Positions 19,759 to 29,946 of a stretch of DNA of 64,000 nt are shown piece by piece. Source of the DNA: an uncultured Acidobacteriota bacterium (lineage in GTDB: Bacteria > Acidobacteriota > UBA6911 > RPQK01 > JAPXNP01); NCBI GenBank assembly GCA_963777605.1, contig CAVZRV010000010.1, forward strand, positions 64,001-128,000, in the 5' to 3' direction. The notes beneath the pieces were generated by a model, which did not search any database, was not told the DNA's origin, and was given only the letters and a program-made list of their open reading frames with translations. A program made the translations under genes and the position numbers. How positions within the stretch are numbered: the first letter of the stretch is position 1; every line of letters begins with the position of its first letter.

Positions 19759-20847
19759 CTACCGGTCATTCCGGAAGGCTTCACGGTTGACCACGTAGGG
19801 CATCCGGGCCAGGTCTCCGTCGTAGCGGTTCTCCAAGACATCGATCAGCCCCTGGACGCAACGTCCCGCCATTCCAATCGCAGGGTCCGGCGAAAGGCGG
19901 GTTTCCCTCGTCCCGCTGGCAAAGTGGTGGTAGAGGCGAAGCCGTTCCCGCAGGCCCGGGTCGCGCAGTGGGGAGTCGGCCGGGAGCGGCTCCCGCTCAA
20001 AAACGTCCAGGGCCGCCCCTGCGATCCAGCCTTCGGTGAGCGCGCGGTGAAGGGCCGATTCATCCACGACCGGTCCCCGGGAAGTGTTGATCAGGTAGGC
20101 CGTTCGCTTCATGGAGCGCAGGGCCTTCTCGTCGATCAGATGACGCGTCCTGTTGCTCAGGGGAACATGGAGGCTCACAAAGTCGGCGGACGCGATCGCC
20201 TCAGCGAAGGAAACATATCGGAAAGAGCACCCGCCGCGACTCAAGCCGGCCTGGGCGGTCCGGATTGCCTCCACAGATTTTGCGAGGGCCGGATCAGGGT
20301 GTTCGTCGCAACCGAGGATATTCATCTCGAATCCGGTGCACTTGAGAGCGAACGCCTTCCCGATTCTCCCGGTACCGATCACGGCTACGGTCTTCCCGGT
20401 CACCTCATCTCCCAGCATCGGCAGAAATGGATGCCAGGTCTTCCAGGTCTGCTCCCTCACCATGCGCTCGCTCGCCTCAAGCTTTCGGGCTGCTGCCCCA
20501 AGGAGAAAGAAGGCAAATTCCGCCGTTGCGTGGGTCAGAACCTCGGCCGTGTTCGTGAAGGGGATCCGATACCGGTTCGCGGCCTCACGATCGATGTTGT
20601 CGAATCCCACGGCATCCTGGGCGACAACCTTGAGGGTCCCCTTCCCGGCAGCGAAAACCTCTTCATCGATCTGATCCCTCAACGTGGTGATCAACCCGTC
20701 GATGCCCGATCGGACCTGTTCGAGGATGAGGGACTTCGGCGGGGGTTGGAGGTGTTCGTAGACCTCGAGTTCGTACCCGAGGTCGGACAGTCGGTCGAGG
20801 GCTTTCTCCCCAATATTGCAGGTGGCAAAAATCCGTCTACTCGTCAT
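19759..20847 (-). CDS. D-2-hydroxyacid dehydrogenase (glyoxylate/hydroxypyruvate reductase family)
   Basis: AVGFDNID, GTGRIG, INTSRGPVVDE, AALDVFEREP. Confidence 0.9.
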   Translation of the reverse strand: MTSRRIFATCNIGEKALDRLSDLGYELEVYEHLQPPPKSLILEQVRSGIDGLITTLRDQIDEEVFAAGKGTLKVVAQDAVGFDNIDREAANRYRIPFTNTAEVLTHATAEFAFFLLGAAARKLEASERMVREQTWKTWHPFLPMLGDEVTGKTVAVIGTGRIGKAFALKCTGFEMNILGCDEHPDPALAKSVEAIRTAQAGLSRGGCSFRYVSFAEAIASADFVSLHVPLSNRTRHLIDEKALRSMKRTAYLINTSRGPVVDESALHRALTEGWIAGAALDVFEREPLPADSPLRDPGLRERLRLYHHFASGTRETRLSPDPAIGMAGRCVQGLIDVLENRYDGDLARMPYVVNREAFRNDR

Positions 20848-20862
20848 GCTGCTGCTGATCTC

Positions 20863-22056
20863 CTAACCCTCGGTCAGATTGCTCTTCCCGGCCATGAACC
20901 CCGAAATGGTGTCGGAAATTCGCCCGATCCCCTCTTCCAAAACCTCCATCGATGTGGCGTAGGAGATTCTGATGAAACCCTCGCCATACCTCCCAAACGA
21001 CGTGCCCGAAAGAAGCGCAACTCCCGCCTCCCTGAGTAAAAGGCGTTGGAGCTGTAATGCCGGCATCCCGGTACTGCGCACCGAGGGAAACGCGTAGAAT
21101 GCCCCTCGCGGCGTTCGACACGTGATGCCGTCAATCGCGTTCAGCATCGGAACCACCCGGTCCCGACGGCTTCGAAAGGTCTCCAGCATGGTCCTACAGG
21201 CCGACTGCTCGCCCCGCAGTGCAGCAACGCCCGCCTTCTGGGTGAACGCAGCCGTGCACGAATTCGAATTGATCATCAGTTTCGTCACTGCCTGCGCCAG
21301 CGCCCGTGGCATCACCCCGTAGCCCAACCGCCAGCCTGTCATCGCGTAGGTCTTCGAGAAGCCGTCCAGGATTATCGTCCGGTCTTTCATACCCGGGACC
21401 GACGCGATGCTCGAGTGGGGCTCCTCATAGAGAAGGCGGCTGTAAATCTCGTCGGACAGGACCGTCAGATTCCGGCCCAGACAGTCCACGGCCAGTTCGG
21501 CCAAATCGTCGCGCGTCAAGATGGAACCGGTCGGATTACTCGGGGAGTTGAGAATGATCAGTCGGGTTCGATCGGTGATCTTTTCCCGAACGTCCCCAAG
21601 GTCCATGCGGAAGTCCAGTTCTTCCCGGAGTGGTGCCGGCACCGGCGTGGCTCCTACAAAACGGATCATCGACTCGTAGATCGGAAATCCCGGATTGGGA
21701 TAGATCACCTCGACTCCCGGTTCCGCCAGCGCCAGGAGAGTAAAGAAAATGATCGGCTTGGCTCCCGGGGTAACCACGACCTCGTCGGGCGACACCGGGA
21801 TCTTGCGCGTCTCGGAGACATGCTCGGCAATCGCCTCCCGGAGGTCCGGAATCCCCGGTGCGGGAACGTAGTGATGCCAGCCGTCCCGTAAAGCCTGCAC
21901 CGCCGCTTCCACGATGAAGTCGGCAGTTGGAAAATCAGGTTCTCCGATCTCCAGGTGAAGGATCTTCCGCCCATCTTTTTCAAGCGCCTTGGCAGCGGCC
22001 AAGACTTCGAAAGCAGTTTCGGTTCCGAGGCGATCCATTCGTTCGGCAAAATCCAT
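20863..22056 (-). CDS. class I/II PLP-dependent aminotransferase (aspartate aminotransferase-like)
   Basis: IGEPDF, NSPSNPTG, SDEIY, GFSKTYAMTGWRLG; ATG at 22056. Confidence 0.93.
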   Translation of the reverse strand: MDFAERMDRLGTETAFEVLAAAKALEKDGRKILHLEIGEPDFPTADFIVEAAVQALRDGWHHYVPAPGIPDLREAIAEHVSETRKIPVSPDEVVVTPGAKPIIFFTLLALAEPGVEVIYPNPGFPIYESMIRFVGATPVPAPLREELDFRMDLGDVREKITDRTRLIILNSPSNPTGSILTRDDLAELAVDCLGRNLTVLSDEIYSRLLYEEPHSSIASVPGMKDRTIILDGFSKTYAMTGWRLGYGVMPRALAQAVTKLMINSNSCTAAFTQKAGVAALRGEQSACRTMLETFRSRRDRVVPMLNAIDGITCRTPRGAFYAFPSVRSTGMPALQLQRLLLREAGVALLSGTSFGRYGEGFIRISYATSMEVLEEGIGRISDTISGFMAGKSNLTEG

Positions 22057-22159
22057 AGTCTCATTCCCTTGTTCGGAATCTCCCTTGACAAGGCTCGGAA
22101 GCACGCCCAATCGGGTACTATCAGAGGCCAAGTCCTTCCATGTCCCGGGATGGTGAACC

Positions 22160-23074
22160 ATGTGCGATCATAGCAGTCCTGAGCTCATGAAACTTGAGAC
22201 ACGCTTTGCAGAGGTGACGGTTACCCAGCTTTCGGCCCCCGATGACATGCTGGGCCTGGAAGAACTCCAGCGGGAAATCTGGGGATACGGAGAACCCGGC
22301 GCCGACCCTCCATACCCGGCTCGTGCCCTGTTTGCCCTCTCCGAGAGCGGCGGACTGGTGTCCCTCGCCACAGTCGCGGGAGAAAGGGCAGGCTTCAGCC
22401 TGGCCTGGCTCGGGCGCACGCCCGAGGGCTCGACTCCGTACCTGCACAGCCAACTGGTGGGTGTCCGGCCGGGTTTCCGCCGCCGCGGCGTCGGCTTTTC
22501 GATCAAGCTCCACCAGCGAAGTTATGCACTTTCCAACGATCTCCTGCTGATGCGATGGACTTTTGACCCGCTTCGGGCCGCCAACGCGCGCTTGAATCTG
22601 GGACTACTCGGAGCGGTCTGCCGCCAATTTCGGCCCCACTACTACGGACATTTGGGAAGCAAATTCGGCTCAGGGGATCAGTCGGACCGGCTCTGGGCGG
22701 AGTGGCCCCTGGACTCGCCTCACGTTTCGAATCGAATTCATGGTCCGAAATCGAGCCGGCCGTTGCCTGGCGTCGTCGTAAACAACTGCCGCCCGGGCGA
22801 CGGACCAGGGGACGGTTTGATCGAACTGGTGGATTGGAATCCAACGCTCGATGCTTCGGAACTGGCGCTGGAGATCCCGACCGACTTTCAAACAGTGCGC
22901 AGTTCGAACCCGGAGTCAGCGCGTAGATGGCGGGTTGGCTTGCGGGAGATTCTCGAACATTATCTCTCCCGTGACTGGATTGCGACGGACTTGAATCTCA
23001 GCGAGGAGAGCGGCCGGACCAGGGCATTCTATACCCTGACACGGTTGCCCTTCGAACTCGTGCTGACGGGCTGA
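22160..23074 (+). CDS. GNAT-superfamily acyltransferase (COG3375-like)
   Basis: LQREIWG, YLHSQLVGV, GVGFSIKLHQR, WTFDPLRAANARLN, SDRLWAEW. Confidence 0.8.
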   Translation: MCDHSSPELMKLETRFAEVTVTQLSAPDDMLGLEELQREIWGYGEPGADPPYPARALFALSESGGLVSLATVAGERAGFSLAWLGRTPEGSTPYLHSQLVGVRPGFRRRGVGFSIKLHQRSYALSNDLLLMRWTFDPLRAANARLNLGLLGAVCRQFRPHYYGHLGSKFGSGDQSDRLWAEWPLDSPHVSNRIHGPKSSRPLPGVVVNNCRPGDGPGDGLIELVDWNPTLDASELALEIPTDFQTVRSSNPESARRWRVGLREILEHYLSRDWIATDLNLSEESGRTRAFYTLTRLPFELVLTG

Positions 23075-23086
23075 GCCCTGCAATCG

Positions 23087-23416
23087 CTAGGTCCGGACGG
23101 CCTTTTCGAGCTTCCGGATTCGATCCGAAATCAGGTTCCGACTACTCTCGAGGGTATCGAGCAAAGCCTTGCGAAGTTCGTTCTCCTTTTCAGGCTGTTT
23201 TCGGCTCCATCTTGAATAGGAATCGACCCAGTCTTCTATCCGGTCCTTCAGATCGTCCCGGAATTCCTTTGCCTGATCGCCAAAGTCACCCGTAACCCTG
23301 CGAAGGTCTTTCCTCGTCTTCGTTCCAGACTGGGGAGCAAAGAGTATTCCGAGCGCGGCACCAACAACAGCGGCGCCCGAGACCAACAAAACCAACTCTG
23401 ATTTATTGTCCAACAT
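23087..23416 (-). CDS. YtxH-domain (general stress) protein
   Basis: GAAVVGAALGILFAPQSGTKTR motif. Confidence 0.85.
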   Translation of the reverse strand: MLDNKSELVLLVSGAAVVGAALGILFAPQSGTKTRKDLRRVTGDFGDQAKEFRDDLKDRIEDWVDSYSRWSRKQPEKENELRKALLDTLESSRNLISDRIRKLEKAVRT

Positions 23417-23782
23417 GATGAATCTCTGAATCCTTTCTTCTATCGATATGCGGTTAATTCATTTTTCGAGTTCCAGGGAGGCGAACGGCGCCATGCAACA
23501 ACTCGCGCAGCAAAGAGAACGTGCCGCTAAGGCCTTCCATTTTTCAGAACAGAACTACTGCTCCCCAGTTTGGCTACTCACGACCGCAACGCCAATCGCT
23601 AGAACGTTGAAGCTGACGTAGCGATCGATGTATCCACGTAGCAGTTAGTGCTACAGAACAAATTGACGAAGAGCGGTTTCCCCCTGATTGCGGAGAGGTT
23701 AAATTGATAATGAGCTCCACATGAAAACTAAATGCTGCGCGGACCTATGCGCCGGGCACTTGACCCGAGACGGTGCACTCAG

Positions 23783-26700
23783 ATGAACCGAACGAAAATT
23801 GAACTCAGAAGCGACACCATCGATGCCGTAATTCTGGATATGGACGGTGTGATCACAAATACCGCGACTATTCACTCCCGGGCGTGGACTGAAACCTTCA
23901 ACACATTTCTCCAGGAGTTGGACTCGGACCAGCTCCCCTTTTCCTCAGAAGACTATCGCCACTATGTTGACGGCAAACCCCGTTACGACGGGGTCCGCAG
24001 CTTCCTGGACTCCCGAGGTATTGACCTGCCCGAGGGATCGGACGACGACCCTCCGTCGGAAAAGACGATTCACGGCCTTGGAAATCGCAAAAACCGGCGC
24101 TTTAGGGAACTGCTCGAGGAGGAGCCCGTCGAACCTTTTTCCGACACGGTCAGGTTCATTAGCCGAGCGAAAGACGCGGGGCTCCGGATTGCCGTGATTT
24201 CAGCAAGTGAAAATGCCGAGCAGGTCCTTCGGGCAGCCGGTGTAGCCGGCCTTTTCGAGGTTCGCGTTGACGGCGTGGTCATGAAGGAGATGGGACTCGA
24301 CGGGAAGCCGGCGCCTGACATCTTCGTCGAAGCCGCCCGCCGCCTGACGTGTGCCCCCAGGCGTTGTGTGGTTGTAGAGGACGCTGAAGCCGGGGTGCAG
24401 GCCGGTCGCACCGGAAACTTTGCATTTGTGATCGGCCTGGCCAGAAGTGGCCATCCCCAGGCACTTCGCAAGAAGGGCGCTGACTGGGTCGCTTCGGGCA
24501 GCCTCGACGGGGTAGTGATTTCTTCTGTCGAACCGGGACCCACCGTCCATCACATCTCCGCTAAGGACGCCCCTTCGGGCGAAGATTTTCTGGCGGCGAT
24601 GGGTGAACGGAGTCCGGTCATTTTCCTCGACTACGACGGAACCTTGACCCCGATTGTCAGGCGGCCTGAAGATGCCGTTCTCTCCCCCGAAATGCGCTTA
24701 ATGCTGGAACGGCTTGCCTGGGAGTTCCCGGTTGCCATCGTGAGCGGCCGCGATCTTAACGACCTGAGAGATAGGGTTGGAATCGAGGGTGTCACCTATG
24801 CCGGCAGTCACGGGTTTCAGATCTGCGGGGCCCGAATCGATGACTGGGAGCATCCGGATGCCCAGTCTTCCCTGGAAGCCCTCGACAAAGCGGAGCAGAG
24901 CCTTTCCCAACGGTTGGAAAAACTCGATGGGGTACAGGTTGAGCGGAAGCGCTACGCCGTCGCCGTCCACTTCCGGCGGGCCCATGCCGATGCCGTCCCC
25001 GAAGTCGAGAATACCGTCGATTCCGTAGTCACCGAGTGCGGCCTGCGAAAAACGGGCGGAAAGAAGGTCTTTGAACTGCGCCCAACGATCGATTGGGACA
25101 AGGGAAAAGCTCTCGTCAAGATTGCCTCCATGATGGATCTGGAACAGGACGACATCTTCCCGATTTACATCGGGGACGACACAACGGATGAAGACGCGTT
25201 CGCAGTCGTTAAGGGGTGGGGTGCGGGAATCCGCGTCGGCGGCGGTGAGGAGACCAAAGCCGGTTACACTCTGGACGATGTCGACGCAGTCGAAGAATTC
25301 CTCGGACGCTTTCAGCACTCGGCCCGAGCGGGCAGCCAGTGGAAAATGGTCTATGACGAGTACCAGCCGGAAGCAGAGGGCCTTCGCGAGACCCTCTGCT
25401 CCCTCGGAAATGGCTACATGGTGACTCGGGCGGCTTCACCCGACTCCTCCAACAACAGTGCTCACTATCCCGGAACCTACCTCGCGGGCGGCTACAATCG
25501 TCTCACCACAGAGGTTTCCGGTCGTGAGATCGAGAACGAAGACCTCGTCAACTTCCCCAACTGGCTCTGCCTGTCGGTTCGGATCGAGAACGGGGACTGG
25601 TTCGAAATCGACCGGGCCCACCTGGTTTCGTTCATTCAGGCACTCGATCTCAAGGAGGGGATCCTGCGGAGGGCGATCCGGTTCAAGGATGACGAAGGCC
25701 GCGTGACCTCCTGGCTCGAACGTCGGCTAGTGAGCATGGATGATCCCCACCTGGCCGGACTTGAGGTCCGAATCCAGCCCGAGAACTGGAGCGGTATACT
25801 CGAGGTGCGGTCTGGGATCGATGGTGACATCATCAACGACGGTGTCGAGCGATACCGCGATCTGAATCAGCGACACCTGGAGGTCCTGGAGACGCAGGAA
25901 GTCAGCGAGGACACGGTCCTGCTTCACTGCCGGACGGTCCAATCCCGGCTCGAGGTAGCCGAGGCGGTCCGAACTCGGGTCTTTTCCTGTACCGGACCGA
26001 TTGACTCTAAGCGATCCACGGAACGAGAACAACGGAGAGTTGACCAGCATCTTCAAGTCCGAGTCGAAACTGGAACATCGGTTCGGATCGAGAAGATCCT
26101 TTCGCTGCACACGTCAAGAGATCGTGCGGGCTGCGAGGCCGTTCATGATGCGGTGAAAACTCTTGCGGAGGCCCCGGGATTTACCGCCCTCTACGTCTCC
26201 CATCGACAGGCATGGCATCAACTCTGGCAGGACTGTGACTTTCAGCTGACCGTCCGAGACGGAAATCAGACCAGCCTCAAGCTTCGGCTCTACGTATTCC
26301 ACCTGATGCAAACGATTTCTTTGCACAGCGCCGATCTCGATGTGGGTTTCCCTGCCCGAGGGTGGCACGGTGAAGCCTATCGCGGACACATCTTTTGGGA
26401 CGAACTGTTCATCTTCCCGTTTCTCAACCTTCGCCTCCCAATGCTGACGCGCTCGTTGCTCAAATACCGCACGCGGAGGCTTCCCATGGCCAGGAAGCTT
26501 GCCGCGGACGCAGGTTTTTCCGGTGCGATGTTCCCCTGGCAAAGCGGAAGCAGTGGACGTGAGGAGAGCCAGGTGGTTCACCTCAATCCCGAATCCGGAA
26601 GGTGGCTTCCCGACAATACCTACCGGCAACGACACGTCAACCTAGCCATCGCCTACAACATCTGGCGCTACCTCGAATCCACCGAGGACTATCAGTTCCT

Positions 26701-27781
26701 CGAATTCTACGGGGCTGAGATGATGCTCGAAATAACCCGTTTCTGGGCCAGCATCGCGACCTATAACCAGGAACTCGACCGCTATGAGATCAAATCGGTT
26801 ATGGGTCCTGATGAGTTCCACACCGCCTACCCAGATGCGGACCCGTCGAAAGAAGGAGGAATTGACAACAACGCCTACACCAACGTGATGGCATCCTGGC
26901 TCATTCAGTGTACCCAGGACCTCATGGAACGGCTCTCCGAAGTTCGGAGAACACAGATCTACGACAAACTGGACATCACGGACGCTGAACTGGACCGCTG
27001 GGACGCGATCAGTCGTAAACTCCGCGTAGTCTTCCACGACGACGGCATCATCAGCCAGTTCGAGGGCTATGACGATTTGGAGGAATTCGATTGGGACGGC
27101 TATCGCGAACGGTACGGAGACATCCAGCGTCTCGATCGAATTCTGGAGTCGGAGGGCGATAGTCCCAACCGATACAAGGCCTCGAAGCAGCCGGACGTTC
27201 TGATGCTCTTCTTCCTGTTTTCGGCCGACGAACTTCAGCTCCTGCTCGAGCACATGGGATATGCTTTCGACACATCCCTGATCCCGAAGAATATCCAGTA
27301 CTACCTGGCGCGTTCGAGCGAAGGATCGTCCCTGAGTCGGGCCGTTCACAGTTGGCTTCTCGCCCGCCTCGACCGGGCGGCATCCTGGCACCTGTTTCAG
27401 GAGTCTCTTGACAGCGATTTTCGTGACATCCAGGGCGGCACGACCCCTGAGGGCATCCACACCGGCGCAATGGCCGGAACCGTTGACCTGATTCACCGGT
27501 GCTATACGGGTCTGGAGCAGAGAGGCGGAATTCTCCACTTCGACCCGGTCCTGCCCGACAGTCTCGAGGCACTCTCCCTGAAGGTCTGGTACCGGCGTCA
27601 CAAGCTGGCCATCGAGATCACCCGGAAGTATCTCTCCGTGACCAGCTGCCCGGTTTCCAATCAGCCAATCAAAGTCGCCTACCGGGGGCGCATCCGGGAA
27701 CTCGCGGCCGGCGGCTCGGTTCGTTTCCATCTGCGACCTCGAGCCGGGGAACAGATGCGGAAGGAATCCCAGGAGGGCTGA
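23783..27781 (+). CDS. fusion of HAD beta-phosphoglucomutase-like domain, trehalose-6-phosphate phosphatase and GH65 phosphorylase (OtsB1-like)
   Basis: DMDGV...GKPAPD...VEDA; FLDYDGTLTPI...DKG...IGDDTTDEDAF; GH65 LGNGY, RGHIFWD, GPDEFH, KQPDV. Confidence 0.9.
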   Translation: MNRTKIELRSDTIDAVILDMDGVITNTATIHSRAWTETFNTFLQELDSDQLPFSSEDYRHYVDGKPRYDGVRSFLDSRGIDLPEGSDDDPPSEKTIHGLGNRKNRRFRELLEEEPVEPFSDTVRFISRAKDAGLRIAVISASENAEQVLRAAGVAGLFEVRVDGVVMKEMGLDGKPAPDIFVEAARRLTCAPRRCVVVEDAEAGVQAGRTGNFAFVIGLARSGHPQALRKKGADWVASGSLDGVVISSVEPGPTVHHISAKDAPSGEDFLAAMGERSPVIFLDYDGTLTPIVRRPEDAVLSPEMRLMLERLAWEFPVAIVSGRDLNDLRDRVGIEGVTYAGSHGFQICGARIDDWEHPDAQSSLEALDKAEQSLSQRLEKLDGVQVERKRYAVAVHFRRAHADAVPEVENTVDSVVTECGLRKTGGKKVFELRPTIDWDKGKALVKIASMMDLEQDDIFPIYIGDDTTDEDAFAVVKGWGAGIRVGGGEETKAGYTLDDVDAVEEFLGRFQHSARAGSQWKMVYDEYQPEAEGLRETLCSLGNGYMVTRAASPDSSNNSAHYPGTYLAGGYNRLTTEVSGREIENEDLVNFPNWLCLSVRIENGDWFEIDRAHLVSFIQALDLKEGILRRAIRFKDDEGRVTSWLERRLVSMDDPHLAGLEVRIQPENWSGILEVRSGIDGDIINDGVERYRDLNQRHLEVLETQEVSEDTVLLHCRTVQSRLEVAEAVRTRVFSCTGPIDSKRSTEREQRRVDQHLQVRVETGTSVRIEKILSLHTSRDRAGCEAVHDAVKTLAEAPGFTALYVSHRQAWHQLWQDCDFQLTVRDGNQTSLKLRLYVFHLMQTISLHSADLDVGFPARGWHGEAYRGHIFWDELFIFPFLNLRLPMLTRSLLKYRTRRLPMARKLAADAGFSGAMFPWQSGSSGREESQVVHLNPESGRWLPDNTYRQRHVNLAIAYNIWRYLESTEDYQFLEFYGAEMMLEITRFWASIATYNQELDRYEIKSVMGPDEFHTAYPDADPSKEGGIDNNAYTNVMASWLIQCTQDLMERLSEVRRTQIYDKLDITDAELDRWDAISRKLRVVFHDDGIISQFEGYDDLEEFDWDGYRERYGDIQRLDRILESEGDSPNRYKASKQPDVLMLFFLFSADELQLLLEHMGYAFDTSLIPKNIQYYLARSSEGSSLSRAVHSWLLARLDRAASWHLFQESLDSDFRDIQGGTTPEGIHTGAMAGTVDLIHRCYTGLEQRGGILHFDPVLPDSLEALSLKVWYRRHKLAIEITRKYLSVTSCPVSNQPIKVAYRGRIRELAAGGSVRFHLRPRAGEQMRKESQEG

Positions 27782-27931
27782 TCGGGTCTTGGGTTTCACG
27801 TACGAAAAGTATAGCTGTTCGGGGACTGCATCAGCCTCAAGATTCGGACCGGTCCGGCCAGTTTGCGTTCGCGGAAACCCAAAAACCGCTTGCGTCTGGT
27901 AAAGTCTCTCAATAGGAGGCTGACCGGAGGA

Positions 27932-28912
27932 TCAGGTTGGCTCCGCGGGTGTGATCAGGTCCGTGAATGACCTTTCGCCTCTGACGCGGGCTGCCGCCAT
28001 CATGACGGCTCCTTCTTCCGCCCTTCCGGCAGGCTCGATCACCTCGGCTTCCGGCATCTGCCTGGCCATTTCGGCTATGAAAGCCTTCCGCAGGTTCTGC
28101 CCGCGGAACACTCCACCCGCGGTCGTGACCAGCATCCGAGTTCCACTGAAATCCAGTTTCCGGGCCGTCGCAACTCCCATTTCTGCCAGCGCGGCTGCTG
28201 AATTGTTGATCAACCGCAGGGCCACCGAGTCGCCTTCATCAGCGGCATCCAGGACAAGAGGATACAAAGCTGCGACCCGGCCCGGGCTCAACGGGTTGGC
28301 ATAGAGGAGGGGAATCAGATCCTCGGTACTCTTCAGTTCAAGCACCTCGCCGATCTTTCGACGAATTACGGTTGTTTCCCCTCTCCCATCGTACTCGCGC
28401 AAAGCGGCTATCATCCCTCGGCGCGCAATGTCGTACCCGCTGCCCTCATCTCCAAGGATGAAGCCCCATCCCCCGGACCGGGCCCTCCTTCCAGCCGGAT
28501 CGATTCCAAAGGCCACCGAACCGGTTCCTGAGGCGACAATCACTCCCGCTCGACCCCCGGTTCCCCCGACGAGGGCGATCACCCCATCCGTTTCGAGGAT
28601 CAACTCAGGAACAATGAGAATTCGCTGCAGGGTCGCACGCATCGTCTCGTGGTCACGGGGGCGTGACACTCCGGCCAGCCCGGCACAAAGACAGGCGATG
28701 TCCCCGCGGTCGGCCCCTGCCGATTCGAGAGCCCCCAGGATTGCGTCTTCAATCGACTTTCGCGCCCGGTCCAGTCCCTCGGAAAGGTAGTTGGACGGCC
28801 CCCCCAGTCCGCGTCCCAGCGGCTTTCCGTCGAGGTTCGCCACCAGACAGACCGTCTTGGTTCCGCCACCGTCCAGCCCTATGACCAAACGCCGCTCTCG
28901 TTCCAGGACCAT
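27932..28912 (-). CDS. BadF/BadG/BcrA/BcrD-type sugar kinase (N-acetylglucosamine/MurNAc kinase-like)
   Basis: GLDGGGTKT, ASGTGS, GGWGFILGDEGSG. Confidence 0.88.
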   Translation of the reverse strand: MVLERERRLVIGLDGGGTKTVCLVANLDGKPLGRGLGGPSNYLSEGLDRARKSIEDAILGALESAGADRGDIACLCAGLAGVSRPRDHETMRATLQRILIVPELILETDGVIALVGGTGGRAGVIVASGTGSVAFGIDPAGRRARSGGWGFILGDEGSGYDIARRGMIAALREYDGRGETTVIRRKIGEVLELKSTEDLIPLLYANPLSPGRVAALYPLVLDAADEGDSVALRLINNSAAALAEMGVATARKLDFSGTRMLVTTAGGVFRGQNLRKAFIAEMARQMPEAEVIEPAGRAEEGAVMMAAARVRGERSFTDLITPAEPT

Positions 28913-28914
28913 AT

Positions 28915-29274
28915 TCAATGCACGCGCCGCCGGGGAATTGTGTCCTCCGGTTCAAAACCGTGTGAAAGCACAAAGATGTACGCCGGGTATTGCTCTGCAG
29001 GGGTCTCGGCTATGACTTCGAAAACGTACTCTCCCTCGACTTCCTGGGGGACTTCCTGGACGTAGGTGCCTCGCTCGGGTTCGACGAACAACTCGCCGAT
29101 CACCCGTTTACCCCGCATAACCTGGACCACGAGAGTTCCCTCGAGCTCTCCGAAATGCCAGTGAAAGTCTTCCTCGTCATAGAAGACCATTTCGGGTGTT
29201 CCGACCCTGAGAATGCAGTTCGGATGTGCAACCAACCAGGCCCAGAACTCCGTGAATCCGAATGTGACCGACAT
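28915..29274 (-). CDS. hypothetical protein
   Basis: 119 aa acidic ORF tightly coupled between the phosphatase and kinase genes. Confidence 0.7.
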   Translation of the reverse strand: MSVTFGFTEFWAWLVAHPNCILRVGTPEMVFYDEEDFHWHFGELEGTLVVQVMRGKRVIGELFVEPERGTYVQEVPQEVEGEYVFEVIAETPAEQYPAYIFVLSHGFEPEDTIPRRRVH

Positions 29275-29289
29275 CGAGTGGCTGCCCCC

Positions 29290-29778
29290 TCAGACTCTGG
29301 CCTGAACGATTTGCTCGATCAGGGCCTCCTGCACTCCGCTTTCAGGTCCGGCCTCGGCATCGGTCACACGAACCGACGCTTCCAGAACGTCCAACCCGAT
29401 CCCGATGAGAACACCGATCCCAAAGGTACCTGTTCTCCCAATTCCGCCAAGGCAGTGAACGAGCAGGTTCTCTCCCGCCCTGAGTGCTCGAACCGAGTCC
29501 TCGATAGCGCTGAGAACACTCTGAAGATTTCCCATTGCTGCGCCGTCGTTCATGGCGAGGGCAACTTGTTTCCAGGACAGGTTTCCGTTGTTGATCTCTT
29601 CGAAATAGTCTGGCGAGCCCGATTTTAATTCCTCAGCCGTGGCCAGACAGACAACCGTGCCGATCCCATGCTTCACAATCTCAGCACGATCCAGCTCAAA
29701 GGAACCATCCCGCCCGGGAAGATCCGACAGGAAAAGCCCGCCGGGAACCTCGGGAAGGTCGACCTTTCGAATTTGCAT
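29290..29778 (-). CDS. protein-tyrosine/dual-specificity phosphatase
   Basis: CX5R motif VHCLGGIGRTG. Confidence 0.88.
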   Translation of the reverse strand: MQIRKVDLPEVPGGLFLSDLPGRDGSFELDRAEIVKHGIGTVVCLATAEELKSGSPDYFEEINNGNLSWKQVALAMNDGAAMGNLQSVLSAIEDSVRALRAGENLLVHCLGGIGRTGTFGIGVLIGIGLDVLEASVRVTDAEAGPESGVQEALIEQIVQARV

Positions 29779-29946
29779 TGCGACACAGTAACAGATCTGC
29801 GAACCCCGGCAAACTTCCGCTCGTGATCGACTCGAATAATGTCGCAGAAGGCCAGCAATTAAAGCAGAAGGGAGCCAACCCGTGAACTTCGAAGAAGCTC
29901 AGGTGGTGATTCGCGCCTACGGTGACACCCTCAGGCGATCTGCCCC

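Noticed and set aside
23509-23526. sigma54-like CGGCACG...TTGCT upstream of the YtxH gene (minus strand)
   Set aside because: GG-to-GC spacing is 12 nt, not the required 10
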